Of a stretch of DNA of 64,000 bases, positions 13,000-25,480 are shown piece after piece. The translations under genes were made by a program, and so were the position numbers. Numbering within the stretch: position 1 is the first letter of the stretch; every line of letters starts with the position of its first letter. The notes beneath the pieces were generated by a model, which worked only from the letters and a program-made list of their open reading frames with translations, was not told where the DNA came from and did not search any database. The stretch comes from Raja brachyura (lineage: Eukaryota): positions 18,352,001-18,416,000 of the forward strand of contig OY740811.1 in assembly GCA_963514005.1 (NCBI GenBank), read 5' to 3'.

Positions 13000-13660
13000 G
13001 TCAGTTATGGTCAATACACTGAACCATTATCAATTTCTACTTTGCAGTTTTCGGAGCCATGATATATTGTCTAACAATACTTTGTGAAATCTATATTGAA
13101 ATTCCCAGTATGGGTAAACTTTTCAATGTGGTTTTGATTATGTATTTATAATTTGTGAATTATGGCAATTGAAGTTTAAGCATGCCAATGACCAGATTAA
13201 CGTTTTCATGGATGTGAAGTGATCTTACATGTAGCTTTAGAATCAAATGGAAATTACAAATCAGATGTTTTGAGGCAGGGTTTGTAAGAAGTTGTAACTG
13301 GCGGTCATAGAATAAGCTCCTCTTTCAAAGTGCCTATTTTCTCCAGCATGCTCACCCTGTTGATGGACTGATGTTCCGAAACCTGTTGTGTGCCTCTTTT
13401 AACCTTTCTCAAACAGCAGTCCTCCACGTAGACATGGCATGGGTTTAGCTGAGAAATGTATATACGGAATACTTCTGTACAGCATTTTTACAGCTGAAAC
13501 ATGACGTCCCAATTAATTGCCTCACCAACGAAAGCAAGCTTGCCATCTGCTTTCGCCACCCTGAAACTAATAGAATTACGGTCATTGGTCTTAAAGGGCT
13601 TCCCCTTTGACACTTGCTCAGCCACATTTCCTGACAAGAGATTGAATGTTGAAATTCTCT

Positions 13661-14075
13661 AGTTTTGTTTAGTTTAGCAGTACAGCGCGGAATCAGGACC
13701 TTCGGCCCACCAAGTCTGCACCGACCAGCGATCCCGGTACACTTACACCGTCCTACACTCTTGGGACAATTTTACATTCATACCAAGCCAATTAACCTAC
13801 TATGTCTTTGGAGTGTAGGAGGAAACCAAAGATCTCTGAGAAAATCCACGCAGATCATGGGGAGAACATACAAACTCAGGGTCTCGACCCGAAACGTCGC
13901 CTGTCTCCTTCGCTCCTTAGATGCTGCTGCACCCGCTGAGTTTCTCCAGCTTTTTGTGTAACCCTCGATTCTCCAGCATCTGCAGTTCCTTCTTTAACAC
14001 ATCAACATCTGTAGTCAGGATCGAACCCAAGTCTCTGGCGGAGTTGTAATGCAGTAGCTCTACCACTACACCACC
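13661..14075 (-). mobile_element. V-SINE interrupted by a Penelope terminal repeat (13878-13998, +)
   Basis: The SINE body stops at CAAACTC (13877) and resumes near GTAGTCAGGATCGAACCC (14011). Confidence 0.82.
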
Positions 14076-15062
14076 CTTAGTTCAGTTAGCTGGGTGCTGC
14101 TTCAGAAAACTATCCTGGACTGCACTAATGCAGTACCAGTCAATATTAAGGGGGTTGAATCTAGTCTTATAACTCTTTTATTCTTATACCTTTCTTGGAT
14201 TTTCAAAAAAAGGAGTTCAGATTTGGTCTGAAATGTTGAATGAACATCTTGCCTGCATTATTTCCCCAAATACAATACAAAGTCTTTCCAAAAATCTTCA
14301 ACCATCCAGTTGAGATGAGACAATCAGTCAAATACTTGTATAACTATTAGATGCTGCTTTAAGAATTTTGAGTAGCAAAAATCAATAACCACACAGGATT
14401 TGGTTAGACTGTTGATGCATTATTGAAGCTCTTTCTTTCCCATACTTCATAGCAATTTGTTGTTTTGAAGCAGAAAAATTAATTTAAATGTTTTATAATT
14501 GTTGCTAAAAAATCATGGTTCGCAAACCATAGTTAATGTCAGGTGTTGCACCAAGATTGCCTTGTTTTTAAACTTCAGTGGATTTATTCTGACCACTTGG
14601 TGAACAGAGGCAGAATAATAGACTATGCCTTCATTGATGTATAATTAGTGGGGTTTTTTCAGTCCTTCCTGGAGGCCGAAGTAATTTGTATTTTATTTTT
14701 GAAAGAGTCAAGAACAAACATAGGCAGAAATAGATGGTACTAACCGACCTAACAGCGAGATGTAGGTGCCTGGATCTTGCTGCCAAGGAATGATGCAGAA
14801 ATGATACCAGCATTGATGAGGCATTTGGATCTATACATGAACAGGCAGGGATGGAGCAATGCAGACCATGTATAGAAAGATGGTATCAGGGTTGCAGCAG
14901 ACATGATGGGCCGAAGGGTCTGTCCTGTGCTGGACTGATCTTTTTATCCCCAATTTTATTGGCGAAAAAGATGAAAGTAGTGAGTAGTTTAGAGGAAAAG
15001 TAGATATTAATATTTTAAGTGAATGAGCAAACACACTGGCAAATTGATTTGTGCATAGTTAT

Positions 15063-16790
15063 GTGCGAAGGGGGTGCTTAGAGACACAAGGTTCTGCATC
15101 GGTGACCACCCAATACCAACAGTGTCTTAGCAACCAGTAAAAAGCCTGGGCAGATGGTACAATGCAAGTTTCAAGGACAAAGAGCAGGTGCAACAACTAA
15201 GGCAAGAAATTGTCAACGGCCTGGAGAACATCAATCAGACCCTACTGCCTGGGAAACTGAAGCTCTGGTGCCTACAGTTTGGACTCCTGCCTCGGACAAT
15301 GTGGCCACTGACCATTTATGAAGCCCCAATAACAACTGTGGAGAAGATGGAGCGAACCATAACTTAATACGCGAAGAAATGGCTCTGTGTCCCACGATGT
15401 CTAACTAACATCGGCCTCTATGGCAAAGGGGTCCTGGAACTACCTCTCACTAGCCTAACAGACGAATACAAGTGTTCTAAAGTAAGACTCCAGATGACAC
15501 TGAGGGACTCTAGAAACAAGACCATCAGTGCTGTTGCGCCGCCCCTAGTAACTGGCCGGAAGTGGACACCATCTGATGCAGTACAGCGAGCTTCATCAGC
15601 CCTGAGGCACAAAGACATTGTGGGACAAGTGCAGCAGAGAAGAGGAGGCTTTGGCCTTACGACAAGTAAGTCAACTTGGCGAAAGGCCACAACATCAGTG
15701 CGGAGGACATTGGCGGTTGAGGAGGTGCGGCGACAGGAGGGGGCCGCAAGAAGTGCAAAGGCGGCCTCTCTTGTCAAACAGGGGCAATGGATGCAGTAGG
15801 AAGCTGTGGAGCGGGGGAAGATCTGCTGGAAAGGACTGGGAAATGGAATCAAGCACGATCAGCTTCATCATCAGGGCGACATATGACGTGCTTCCATCAC
15901 CAAAGAACCTCCATCAGTGGTACGGCGAGAATCCAACCTGTGCCCTCTGCCCAACTCCAGCGACCCTCAAACACATCATGGTAGGCTGCAAGACCAGCCT
16001 CACGCAAGGGAGATACACGTGGCGGCATAATCAGGTACTAAAAAGCCTGGCAACAGCCCTTGAGAACAGGCGGTGTGCGACCAACTCCTTGCCTCCGAGA
16101 GCAAGCAACCCACCCTTAAGGGCAACAACCTTTGTCTGAGAAGGACAGAAAACACTTAAACATCCTTCCACCAGATCAGAAGAAGGAAACCTGTGCAGGA
16201 CCCGTGACTGGAGGATGCTGGCGGACATCGGCCGACAACTAATCTTTCCACCTGAAATTGCTTCAACCAACCTCCGGCCAGACTTGGTGTTTTGGTCCCC
16301 TTCACGGAAGACTGCTTACATCATAGAGCTCACAGTTCCATGGGAGAACTCTATGGGAGGACTATGAGCGTAAGAAGCTGCGCTACGCAGAGCTTGCAGC
16401 TGAGGCAACGCAGCGTGGCTGGAACACCAAAGTCTATCCAGTTGAAGTGGGGTGCAGAGGATTTGTTGCTTCATCTACCATCAGACTGCTGAAGGAGCTT
16501 GGAATCCACGGTCAGGCTCTGCGGAAGACCATAAGATCACTCTCAGACGCGTCTGAAAGAAGCAGCTGTTGGATTTGGCTCATGCGGAAAGACCCATGCT
16601 GGGCTCCAAGTACGTCATGGTGAATCTTTGGGGCAGTTTGACACGGGACACGCGCTGAGGGCTGATCATCCTGCAGCGGGCCGCCCTTGTGGAGGGTGTA
16701 TAGTATTAAACGGCCAAAACACCCAGTGATGCAAGGGTACACTACTGATGATGTGTCCTGTGCCCAACTGTCCTGAAGGTTACCCAGGCC
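15063..16790 (+). mobile_element. HERO-like non-LTR retrotransposon with a restriction-like endonuclease, 5'-truncated and decayed
   Basis: RT thumb region (PVKSLGRWY, LPGKLKLWCLQFGLLPR), YDVLPSPKNL, zinc knuckle CALC...H...C, RHN (16023), RPD (16275), ELTVPWE, PVEVGCRGF; several stops and frameshifts. Confidence 0.88.
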
Positions 16791-17868
16791 AAGATATACG
16801 TATACGTATCTTTCCTCCCCCCCCCCCCCGATGTTGAGCGTCTACCACTCTCAACAATCAACGGATGTCGTGAAATGCTCCCCACCTACTGGCATAAGGG
16901 ACTTCTTAACATCTTGTCCTGTGTATTTGATTCTGAGATCCAATTTGGATCTGAAAAGGATAGAACTAAATACATCTCAAATTTATAGATACTTTATAAG
17001 CTGGTCACAATGGAGATCCAAAATGACTGGGGGAATGGGTAAACGTAAGAACACGGATGCGTATTTGACAGATGCAGGGCAAAATCAGAAAACCTAACGG
17101 AATGCAGACCTGGAGGTCTGGAGTGCAGCGACATTGAACTTGTACTACCAGCTCCCCAGTTTGGATCTTTTGTTCATGAATGACAATTGCTGTTAGTTCA
17201 ATGGTTAATATTAAATCTGAGATTGATGTATTTGGAAACTGAAAATATTAAGGAATTTGAGATAAGGTGAGTACTCTGGTACCTGACTTAGTGCTCGGGA
17301 TGCAATCCAGAAATGAGAACACGTGGTATTAGTGCTAAAAGGCATTTTACAGGCATGTGTTACTAACGTTGTCGTGTCTGGAATCTGTCATGAGCCTTAT
17401 CCCTCAGTAATTCTATTCAGTCTACTGCCAGCTGCCCCACAACTATTAAACAGTTAAAATGACTGCATAGGTTTGTGTGGAGTGAGCTACCAAAATAATG
17501 TGTAATGGATACTTGAGGATTGGAAATAAGCAGGCTGACAGGAGTGGTGCAGCATCTTGGCACTCGGATATATCCTTGCCGGTGCAGTGAGTGCAGCCAA
17601 TGCTGGGGATCGGGAGTGGCAAGAAACAGTCAGCAGGTCATGCAATAGCTGTCGAAAAAGAATCTGAATGTGTGCAGCATTTTCTGCTGTTAATGCGGCA
17701 GTGAGCAGCCCTAGTGGATATCTTTTTTAAAGTACAGGAGGTCAGTATCTATGAATGTTGGGACTGCGACCAGGCGTTCTAAGGATTCAGTTCTTTGCTG
17801 GGTGCCATTGTCTATTTACATAGGTCACACTTCATCCATGATCTAATTGAATGGAGGAATGGGACTAA

Positions 17869-18187
17869 TAGCCCTGTCCCACGGTATGAGTTCATTCCAA
17901 GAGCTCTCCCGAGTTTCCACCAGTCGAACTCGGAGATTTACGGTAATGGCCACTCGTCGGTACTCGGGACTCTCGTGGACATTTTTCAACATGTTGAAAA
18001 ATCTTCACGAGTCTTCCCGTGCTTACCTGCCGTTAACGAGTCTTCTCCAGTACCTGCCGTTAGCGTTAAGAGACGTCCCCGAGCTCTGACGTACCAGCTA
18101 AGTTCATTCTCCGTGCTTACCACGAGTTTGATTTTTTTTTTAACTCGGGTGAGTACTTGGAATGAACTTGTACCGTGGGACAGGGTT
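17869..18187. mobile_element. MITE, copy 2 (uninterrupted)
   Basis: Same TIRs and body as 11738-12172; preceded by TAA; central palindrome at 17981-18002. Confidence 0.88.
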
Positions 18188-18367
18188 CAGGGTTAAGAAG
18201 CTTATTATTTTTATCTTCACATGTTCATATTTTTATTGTGCTTTTGTGCGCCACACCATCACCTTTGTTTGCTTGTCAGAATTTCCATCTATATTAGGTT
18301 GTTAACAAAGCTAGCTGCTTGAGTTCGAATCTGTCAATATTGAAGTTGTCAAATTTTAACATTGCAG

Positions 18368-18450
18368 GCAAACTGGTCATAAGAAAAAACTAAACTCCTA
18401 CATCAGTTTTCCTGAAGTTTTGGACTTAACTACATATCTTGAAAGGAAAG
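18368..18450 (+). CDS. USP48: USP48 exon (83 nt)
   Basis: tgcag|G...G|gtaagg; [27 protein letters not shown]. Confidence 0.96.
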
Positions 18451-18536
18451 GTAAGGAGTGATTTAATATTTAATTATTTCAGTGATAATGTTGGACTTAA
18501 GTTATTTCTTGAATTCATTGTACTTTGGGATATACT

Positions 18537-18716
18537 AGGAACTGCAGATGCTGGTTTACAAAAAAAGACACAAGGTGCTGGAGTACCTCAGCAGACCAAG
18601 CAACAGCTGTGGAGAACATGGATGGATAGGTGATGTTTCAGGTTAGAAACATCACCTATTCATGTTCAACAGAGATGTTGCCTGACCTGCTAAGTCACTC
18701 CAGCACTTTGTGTCTA
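18537..18716. repeat. Foldback element built from two inverted Penelope terminal repeats
   Basis: Centre ATAGGTGATGTTTC-aggtta-GAAACATCACCTAT; arms end in AGACACAAGGTGCTGGAGT / ACTCCAGCACTTTGTGTCT. Confidence 0.8.
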
Positions 18717-21544
18717 TAATTTATTTTGATCTTGCATAATACCGTACATAATTCTTCTTTCTGGAGTTATTTGATTTTTCACTTCTATTATAAATTATAT
18801 AAGTTGTCCTTTTCCTCAAAGATTGCAAAAATTCCTAATTGAGAATTCGAAAGTATGAAGGGGTTTGGTAGGAAATAAATAGAGATGTCTCCAAGGAGAA
18901 TCCAAAATTAGAATTATAACTCCATGATGATCCCTAATGATAACTTCACCCAGAGAGTGGTCAGCTTGTTTCAATAAAGTTCCTGGAGAATAGGATATAA
19001 TTGTTCAGTGGAATAGCACATGGAGGAAAAGGGTGCAGAATGCAGAAATAGATGATGTTGGATGTAGTGAGGAGGAAGGAGCCTTGTGATGAGCCAGGAT
19101 CATTTGCCCTGAATGACCTGTTTCTGTGCTTTAAGTGCTGTACAAAATAGCATACGTTCATTTAGAGTGAAGTCTTGTTCAATGAGTGATGTACTGTTTT
19201 TGTCAGTTCGACACTATCTACTCTAAAGTACCAGAGAAATCCCTTTAAGGAATAATGATTCGTTATCTCCTTATTTTGGATGGAAAACATTAATAAGCAC
19301 ACAGAAACCAGGTAATGAAATGTTGAGATACTTGGAGCTGTAGTTTCCATAGCAACACATGTGTTTTTGTTCTAAATGGATTTTCTCCAAAAGAGAGGGA
19401 ATAAGGTTCTCGCTGTGTAATTGTCACTTGTTTGAATAAATACCAAGTGAGAAAATGAAATATTTTTCCATGTTGCTTGTGACTACTTCTGTGCAGTTTC
19501 CCAGTGGAGGAGTAAAAATGAGAGAGAACCTGATGAACCCAGTCAGGCAGTTCAAAATCATTTGATTTATCTAGTAATGAACTGGTTTTCTGATTTATCT
19601 AGTAATGGTCCGATTTTCTTTTTCTGATCTCTACATGCTTGTGTGTACATACTTGCAATGTAAATATTTTAACTGCCTGTAACATACTAAAAATAATTGC
19701 TATAGGTTAATGTGTTGGTGTTTAACTTGCTTGGCACTTGACTAAATTATAATCCTGCAGAGGTGTCAGTACTTTCAATGGCTATCACACCAAGCAATCT
19801 AATGCACATCAGTCAGGAGCCTTTCATGGAACTTCTTTATGTACTTTTATCCGCGTGTGGGATGGAAATCACAGAAAACAGAGTACTAAAAATAAAATAT
19901 GAGATTGCCTTTCTGCACAAGTGCTGTAAAAATAATTTATGTGTGTGTTGAGGTTGGATGAAAGCACATTAAATTCAGGCAAGGTTTCCTTGGTAATCCA
20001 GGTCATCAGTGTCTACAAGAATTTACTTAGACAAGCAACTGAAGTAAGAGAACTTTGTGTTATTTAACACCAGACTCAATGTGTGGTTGAAATACTAATG
20101 ATGTCTATGAACTGTATAGCAAATCTGAAGCCGAGAAGTATTTACTGAAAGCACTTTTACCCCTTCCTGGAACTCCAATATTGTAGTTGAGTTTGTAGCG
20201 GTAACTTAAGAAGAGTTAATTTAGTAATAGATATGGGCTTTCATTATTTAGATATGAGATCATTTTTCATTTACATTACTTTTAAATAATGCAGTAGTCA
20301 TATGGCCAAGGCTTCCTCAATAGGTAGCCAGTTTAATAGTTGTGTCATCAGTGTACCAGTATAAAAAGCTGACTTGGTTATAATTGCAAAAAAAATTATG
20401 TTGAAAGAAGGTAGATTTAGTAAAATATTTTTCTTGTTATATAATGAAAATATACATCAATTTGCTTCAGGATAACATCAAACTGGATTTTCTTCTCCTG
20501 CAGTATTTCCATTCCTACAAATCACAAAGTAGTTAAAATGATTTTGTTTGTCTTAAAAAAAATTACCAGCAATGTTCACTGGTAATTTCATGACCACATT
20601 TGCAATATCATTATGCTGTGAAAGCAATGTTTCACAGACGACTTGTCATTTCCAACTGGAAGTAAAACTATGAAGAGATTCTGTCTTTGATGTGAGAAGC
20701 CTGCATTCCATTTCACAACGCTGTGTTTGTCAACCCAGCTGCCACGCCTCAGTGACAAGGAGTTGAGGAGGCTACATTCCAACTTAAAAGTGACGACTTT
20801 GAGAGCAGATTCCTGCTGTAATGCTAAAATTAGTGATGGTTCAATGGTTCATTTATTATCACGTACCAATGTTACAGACTTTTTTTTTGCATCCAGATCA
20901 GCAAGATTATTGCCATACATAATAAGTACAATCCCCAGTTAAGTATACAATGCATAGAAACGGACCATTGTGTCCATATGCAAGAGTCGCCATTTCCAAA
21001 GTCCCAGTTGCAGATGACCATAAACGGCAGTTGCAGCTGTCGCCTCCATGCGGATCACCAGCAACCCATCGTCCTTCTCCTTGCCCGTACGCCTTCAGCC
21101 TTTCGTGCCCCAGGAATGCCTCCCGCAGCCGACTTTGAGGGCACGGAAGGTAAGACCCCCTGTTCCCTCTTACCAGTCCTTTGTCCATTGTCCACTGCTG
21201 TCACTGACTCCCTCCACCATATTCTCCGGTTCTAGGTCTTCGACAACTTCAAGCATTCTGTTATTAACTGGCCCATGTCAAGGCACAATATATATATTTT
21301 TTGGCTGCACTAGATAATATTATTACTGCGCATCATGAGATTTGCATTCTGCTTTTGCCAAGTGCTTTTTGGTCGAAATTTGCCCCCTTTTTTTTAGTCG
21401 TACAGTGTGGAAACACTCCCTTCAGCCCACTGTCTGCATCAACCATCTAGACCTCTGAGGCACTCCATTGCTGTAATCTGAATGTATTTATAAAATAATT
21501 AGCCCTATATATGTAATGCAAGGCCAGGTACTAAGACCTTGAAA

Positions 21545-21640
21545 GGATACAAAGTGCTGGAGCAGCTCAGTGGGTCAGGCAGTTGCCCCAGCACTTTGTG
21601 TCATTTGGTGTAAACCAGCATTTGCAGTTCCTTGTTTCCA
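21545..21640. repeat. Short foldback Penelope-terminal element
   Basis: ACAAAGTGCTGG...CCAGCACTTTGT arms and the CCAGCATTTGCAGTTCCT tail. Confidence 0.7.
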
Positions 21641-22068
21641 CTGAGAACTAGAAAGTAGAACTACAGGTAGTTTCAAAAGCTCCTTTATTGTCAGCATAGG
21701 CACAAGGAGCGAATATCAGCAGTGCACGTTTCTGTAATTCTCTATGTGCCACAGATCCTTTGAATCATGATAACATGTTCTTCTTGCCAGTCGTGATTTT
21801 ATTCAAACTTGTGGGGAAAATGCATTGGGTTCTTTGACTTCCTGTTAATAGCACTTTATAACATTTGTTATCAAGGACTGGATACAAGATCATGACAGGT
21901 CTGTATCGGGATGAATATACCTTTCTGGAAGAGCTTTTGTGCACTGTTGAATATGAGGCATATAATGAATGTTAGAAATGCTACCTCAGTGTTTTTGTGC
22001 ACTGACAGAAATGCCTTTCCCCTCTCTCTCCCTCCCCCCCCCCCCGCCACGTTTTTATTCCCTGGTAG

Positions 22069-22248
22069 ATATTGGCTGTGTTTATGAGCTAACTGCGGTG
22101 CTGATCCACAGAGGGGTGAGTGCATATTCCGGCCATTACATTGCACACGTTCGAGATGACAGGACCGGCGACTGGTATAAATTTAATGATGAGGAGATTG
22201 AGAAAATGGAAGGGAAGAAGCTGCAGTTGGGGATAGAGGAAGACCTTG
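22069..22248 (+). CDS. USP48: USP48 exon (180 nt), His box (His CAT 22134-22136; Asn-Asp 22185-22190)
   Basis: ggtag|AT...G|gtgagc; [60 protein letters not shown]. Confidence 0.97.
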
Positions 22249-22614
22249 GTGAGCAACCAATGGCTGATGTTGGGTCACATTCAGAAGTTTTACAAATATT
22301 TTTGTGTATAGAATGCAAGTACACTTTGGTTCTTAATTGTCAGGATTGCACATTATGTTAGCTTGGTGGTAAGTCAGGCAATCTTTTTTTGGCTTCTGCC
22401 ACAGCAACTCTAAAACTGGGCACCTGAGTGCACATGGTGTGTAGTGGATCGCAACTCCTAACTCGTGTCATACTATTCTTCTTAACACATTGGATTGTGT
22501 GCTGAACAAAATGTTCCACTGCAACTCCAGCTCAATCTATCGCACAAATTAAATAATTATTAATTTGGTCAGATAACATTTAACCCAACCAGTGATGGAT
22601 GAGCGCGTGTGAAA

Positions 22615-22661
22615 GGATAGCCAGTCTGAAGAAGGGTCTCGACCCGAAACGTCACCTATCC
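22615..22661 (+). ncRNA. Candidate minimal type I hammerhead ribozyme within a Penelope terminal repeat (repeat extends to about 22755)
   Basis: GGATAG-cca-GT CTGAAGA A GGGT-ctcg-ACCC GAAA CG TC AC-CTATCC. Confidence 0.65.
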
Positions 22662-24029
22662 ATGTTCTCCAGAGATGCTGCCTTACATTTTGAGTTACTC
22701 CAGTTCTGTCTTTTTTCTCTCTCTTGCAAACCAGCATCTGCAGTTCCTTGTGTCTTAGTTACTCATCTAGTATAGGCTGTTCAAATCAAAGAAACTATGT
22801 TCTGCTGCAAGCTCAATAACTGATCAACATTGCAAGATATAAAATCAAAGTATACTACTACTGAAGGCTGCTCTGATGCAATATTAAAAAATCAAGGAAA
22901 AAAAACATTTACTTATTTCTGCCCCTTTTAGAAGTCTTGCATATTATACACCACAGGGAATTAGCAGATGACATAGTCACAGATATGGTTATAGATTCAA
23001 GCCTTTCAGCCCACTTAGGGCTGATTAGGGAGAGCAGGGGCTTGTGTGTGGAAAATTGCCTCATTTGACTTTTTTTTAAATAAGTATCCCTTGAAGAAGG
23101 CATGACCAATGACGAGGTGGTGGTGTTGGAGACAGTAAAGTAGGTTGTCTGGATCGGCTGGGAGGGATGGGTGGTGGGCGTGCGATGGATGGAGTTTTGC
23201 TCAGATGGGTACGAGGTGTTGCATTTTGATGAGCTGCACCAGGGCATGACATGGTGAATGGTAGGACCCTGGTATAGTATTGAAGAAAGGAGAGATCTAT
23301 TACCCAACTCTTAGTGACAATACTTCCAGCGAAATAATCAGACTCAACAGAGTTCTGTTTCCAAATTATTTTTGTTATTATGTTATTTTTACTTCTGTTT
23401 GCTAAGCTGGGATGTTATCTGCATATTTGCAAGCTGTCCATATTTGTGATGTGGGGTTCCCCTGCCTTCCAGTCCAGATGTGGGCCTATTTCTTTACACT
23501 TTTTCTACTAGTCTTCCAGAGGCTTTCTTTTTTTTCTTCCTACCCTGCCCTGTTCTTCATTTTTACTCACTTCGCATTGATTCTCTTCTGATAAGACTTA
23601 GTTGCTTATCGTGTCATGCATGCTGAAGGTCCGTATCCATACTTCCTTATCCATACAAGTATGTGTTTCTTTAACCACTTCAAATTCCTGCTTCTGCCAT
23701 TCCACAATGCCCACAACTATTTGCTTCTGTAATTATAAGAATGAATGTTATGCTTTTGAAATTCATCAGACTCCCTTTCACAAAATGTCTTTTTCCAAAA
23801 CATCCCCATTTCTTATTGTGTTCTCCTAATGGTTCACAGAGGGATTGTTCTCAGGGCTGTAAAGCTACCTCTATTTTCGCAGTTAATGCTGACCAGGTGC
23901 TGATCGTGTGATACTAATGCTTCACTGTGATTCTTTGTTCATGATTTACAGGATCTCTTTCTAGTCAGCAGATTATCCCCCCCCTGATCCTGATCGGGTA
24001 CTTAATATCTTGCCTCCGGCTACAGACGT

Positions 24030-25480
24030 ATGGGAAGAAATGCATAGTTCCCTGCAATTGGCGACTCGGGTGAAGAAGACATTTGGCACGCTTGCCTTCA
24101 TCGGTCAGGGCATTCAGTACAAGAGTTGGGTTACAACTACAAGGCATTGGTGTTACAACTACAAGACATTGGTGAGACCACACTTGGAGCATTGTGTGCA
24201 GTTATAAGAGTCATAGAATTATACAGCATGAAAACAGGCCCTTCAGCCCAACTTGTTTATGTTTACCAAATTGCCTATCTGAACTAGCCCCATTTGCCTG
24301 TGTTGGCCCCTTTCTTATAAATTATGTACCTGTCTAAATGTTTATTTAAACATTGCACTCTGTCTCTACTCTTTCCCTGGCAACTCATTCCACATACCCA
24401 CCACCCTCTGTATGGAAAAAGTTGCCCCTCAAGTCCTCTAAGTGTTTCCCTTCTCGCCGTAAACCTCTACGCTCTAGTTTTAAACTGTCCTACCCAGGGA
24501 AAGGACTGTGTCCATTCACCTTATCTATAACTATCTTGATTTTAAAGGTCACCCTTCTGCCTCCTGCACTCCAGGAAAACTATTCTCAGCGTGTCCAGCT
24601 TTTCCTTATAATTCAAGCCTTCCAGTCCTGGTAACATCCTCATGAATGTTTTTCAAACTGCCAGCATAACGCCATCTTTCCTATAGCTAGCCAACCAGAT
24701 CTGCATACAATATTCCAAGTATGGTTTCAACGTCTTGTACAGTTGTAATATGATGTCCCAACTCTCGTAGTCCTTGCCCTGATTGGCGAAGGTAAGCGTG
24801 CCTAACGCCACTGCCTTCACCACCCTGTTTATCTGTTTTGCCACTCTCAAGGAACTATATATTTGTAGAACAGGGAGATACGGGTGCAACATTCTCCAGG
24901 ACCCTGCCATTAACTGTGCGAGTTCTGCCCCGTGTTAATTTACCAAAATGCAGCACCTTGCACATTTTGAGTTAAATTTCATCTGCCATTCCTTGTCCTA
25001 CTCTTCCAATTCATCTAGATTCTGTTGTAATTTTAGATAATGTTTGTCACTATCCACCATACAACCAATTTTGGTGTCATCCACAAAATTACTAACCTTG
25101 TCATCTACGTTCCCATCCCTTGGTTCCTATCAACCATCAGGCAAATGTGTATCCTATTATCTACCTCCCTAGATGCCACGCGATCTAACCTTCTGGCCCA
25201 CCCTTAGATGTAGGACATTGTCAAAGGTCTTGCCAAAGTACATGTGGACCGGTCAACTATTCTTCAGAAAACGATCATGTATTTGAGGCACAATTTCCCA
25301 CGCACAAAACCACGCTCACTATCCCCAATCAGTTTTTTGCCATTAAATTGCCAGCAGATCTTGTTCCACTGAATCCCCTCCAGTAACTTTCTCACCAATG
25401 ATGCAAGGCTCAACACCTGTAGTTCCTTGGCTTGTCTTTGCAGCCCTTCTTAAACATCAGCCACAACTTTGTAGCCACCC
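24030..25480 (-). mobile_element. Old CR1 LINE fragments (24030-24205 on +, about 24207-25480 on -)
   Basis: YKTLVRPHLEHCVQ on +; LYKTLKPYLEYCMQIW and degraded RT motifs on -. Confidence 0.8.

Noticed and set aside
16792-16829. Palindrome ATACGTATACGTAT and a C-run after the HERO-like element
   Set aside because: Low-complexity junction sequence with no TSD found; no function can be inferred.
19563-19607. 17-bp direct repeat TGATTTATCTAGTAATG with an 11-nt spacer as a CRISPR-like array
   Set aside because: Only two units in vertebrate intron DNA; a simple local duplication.
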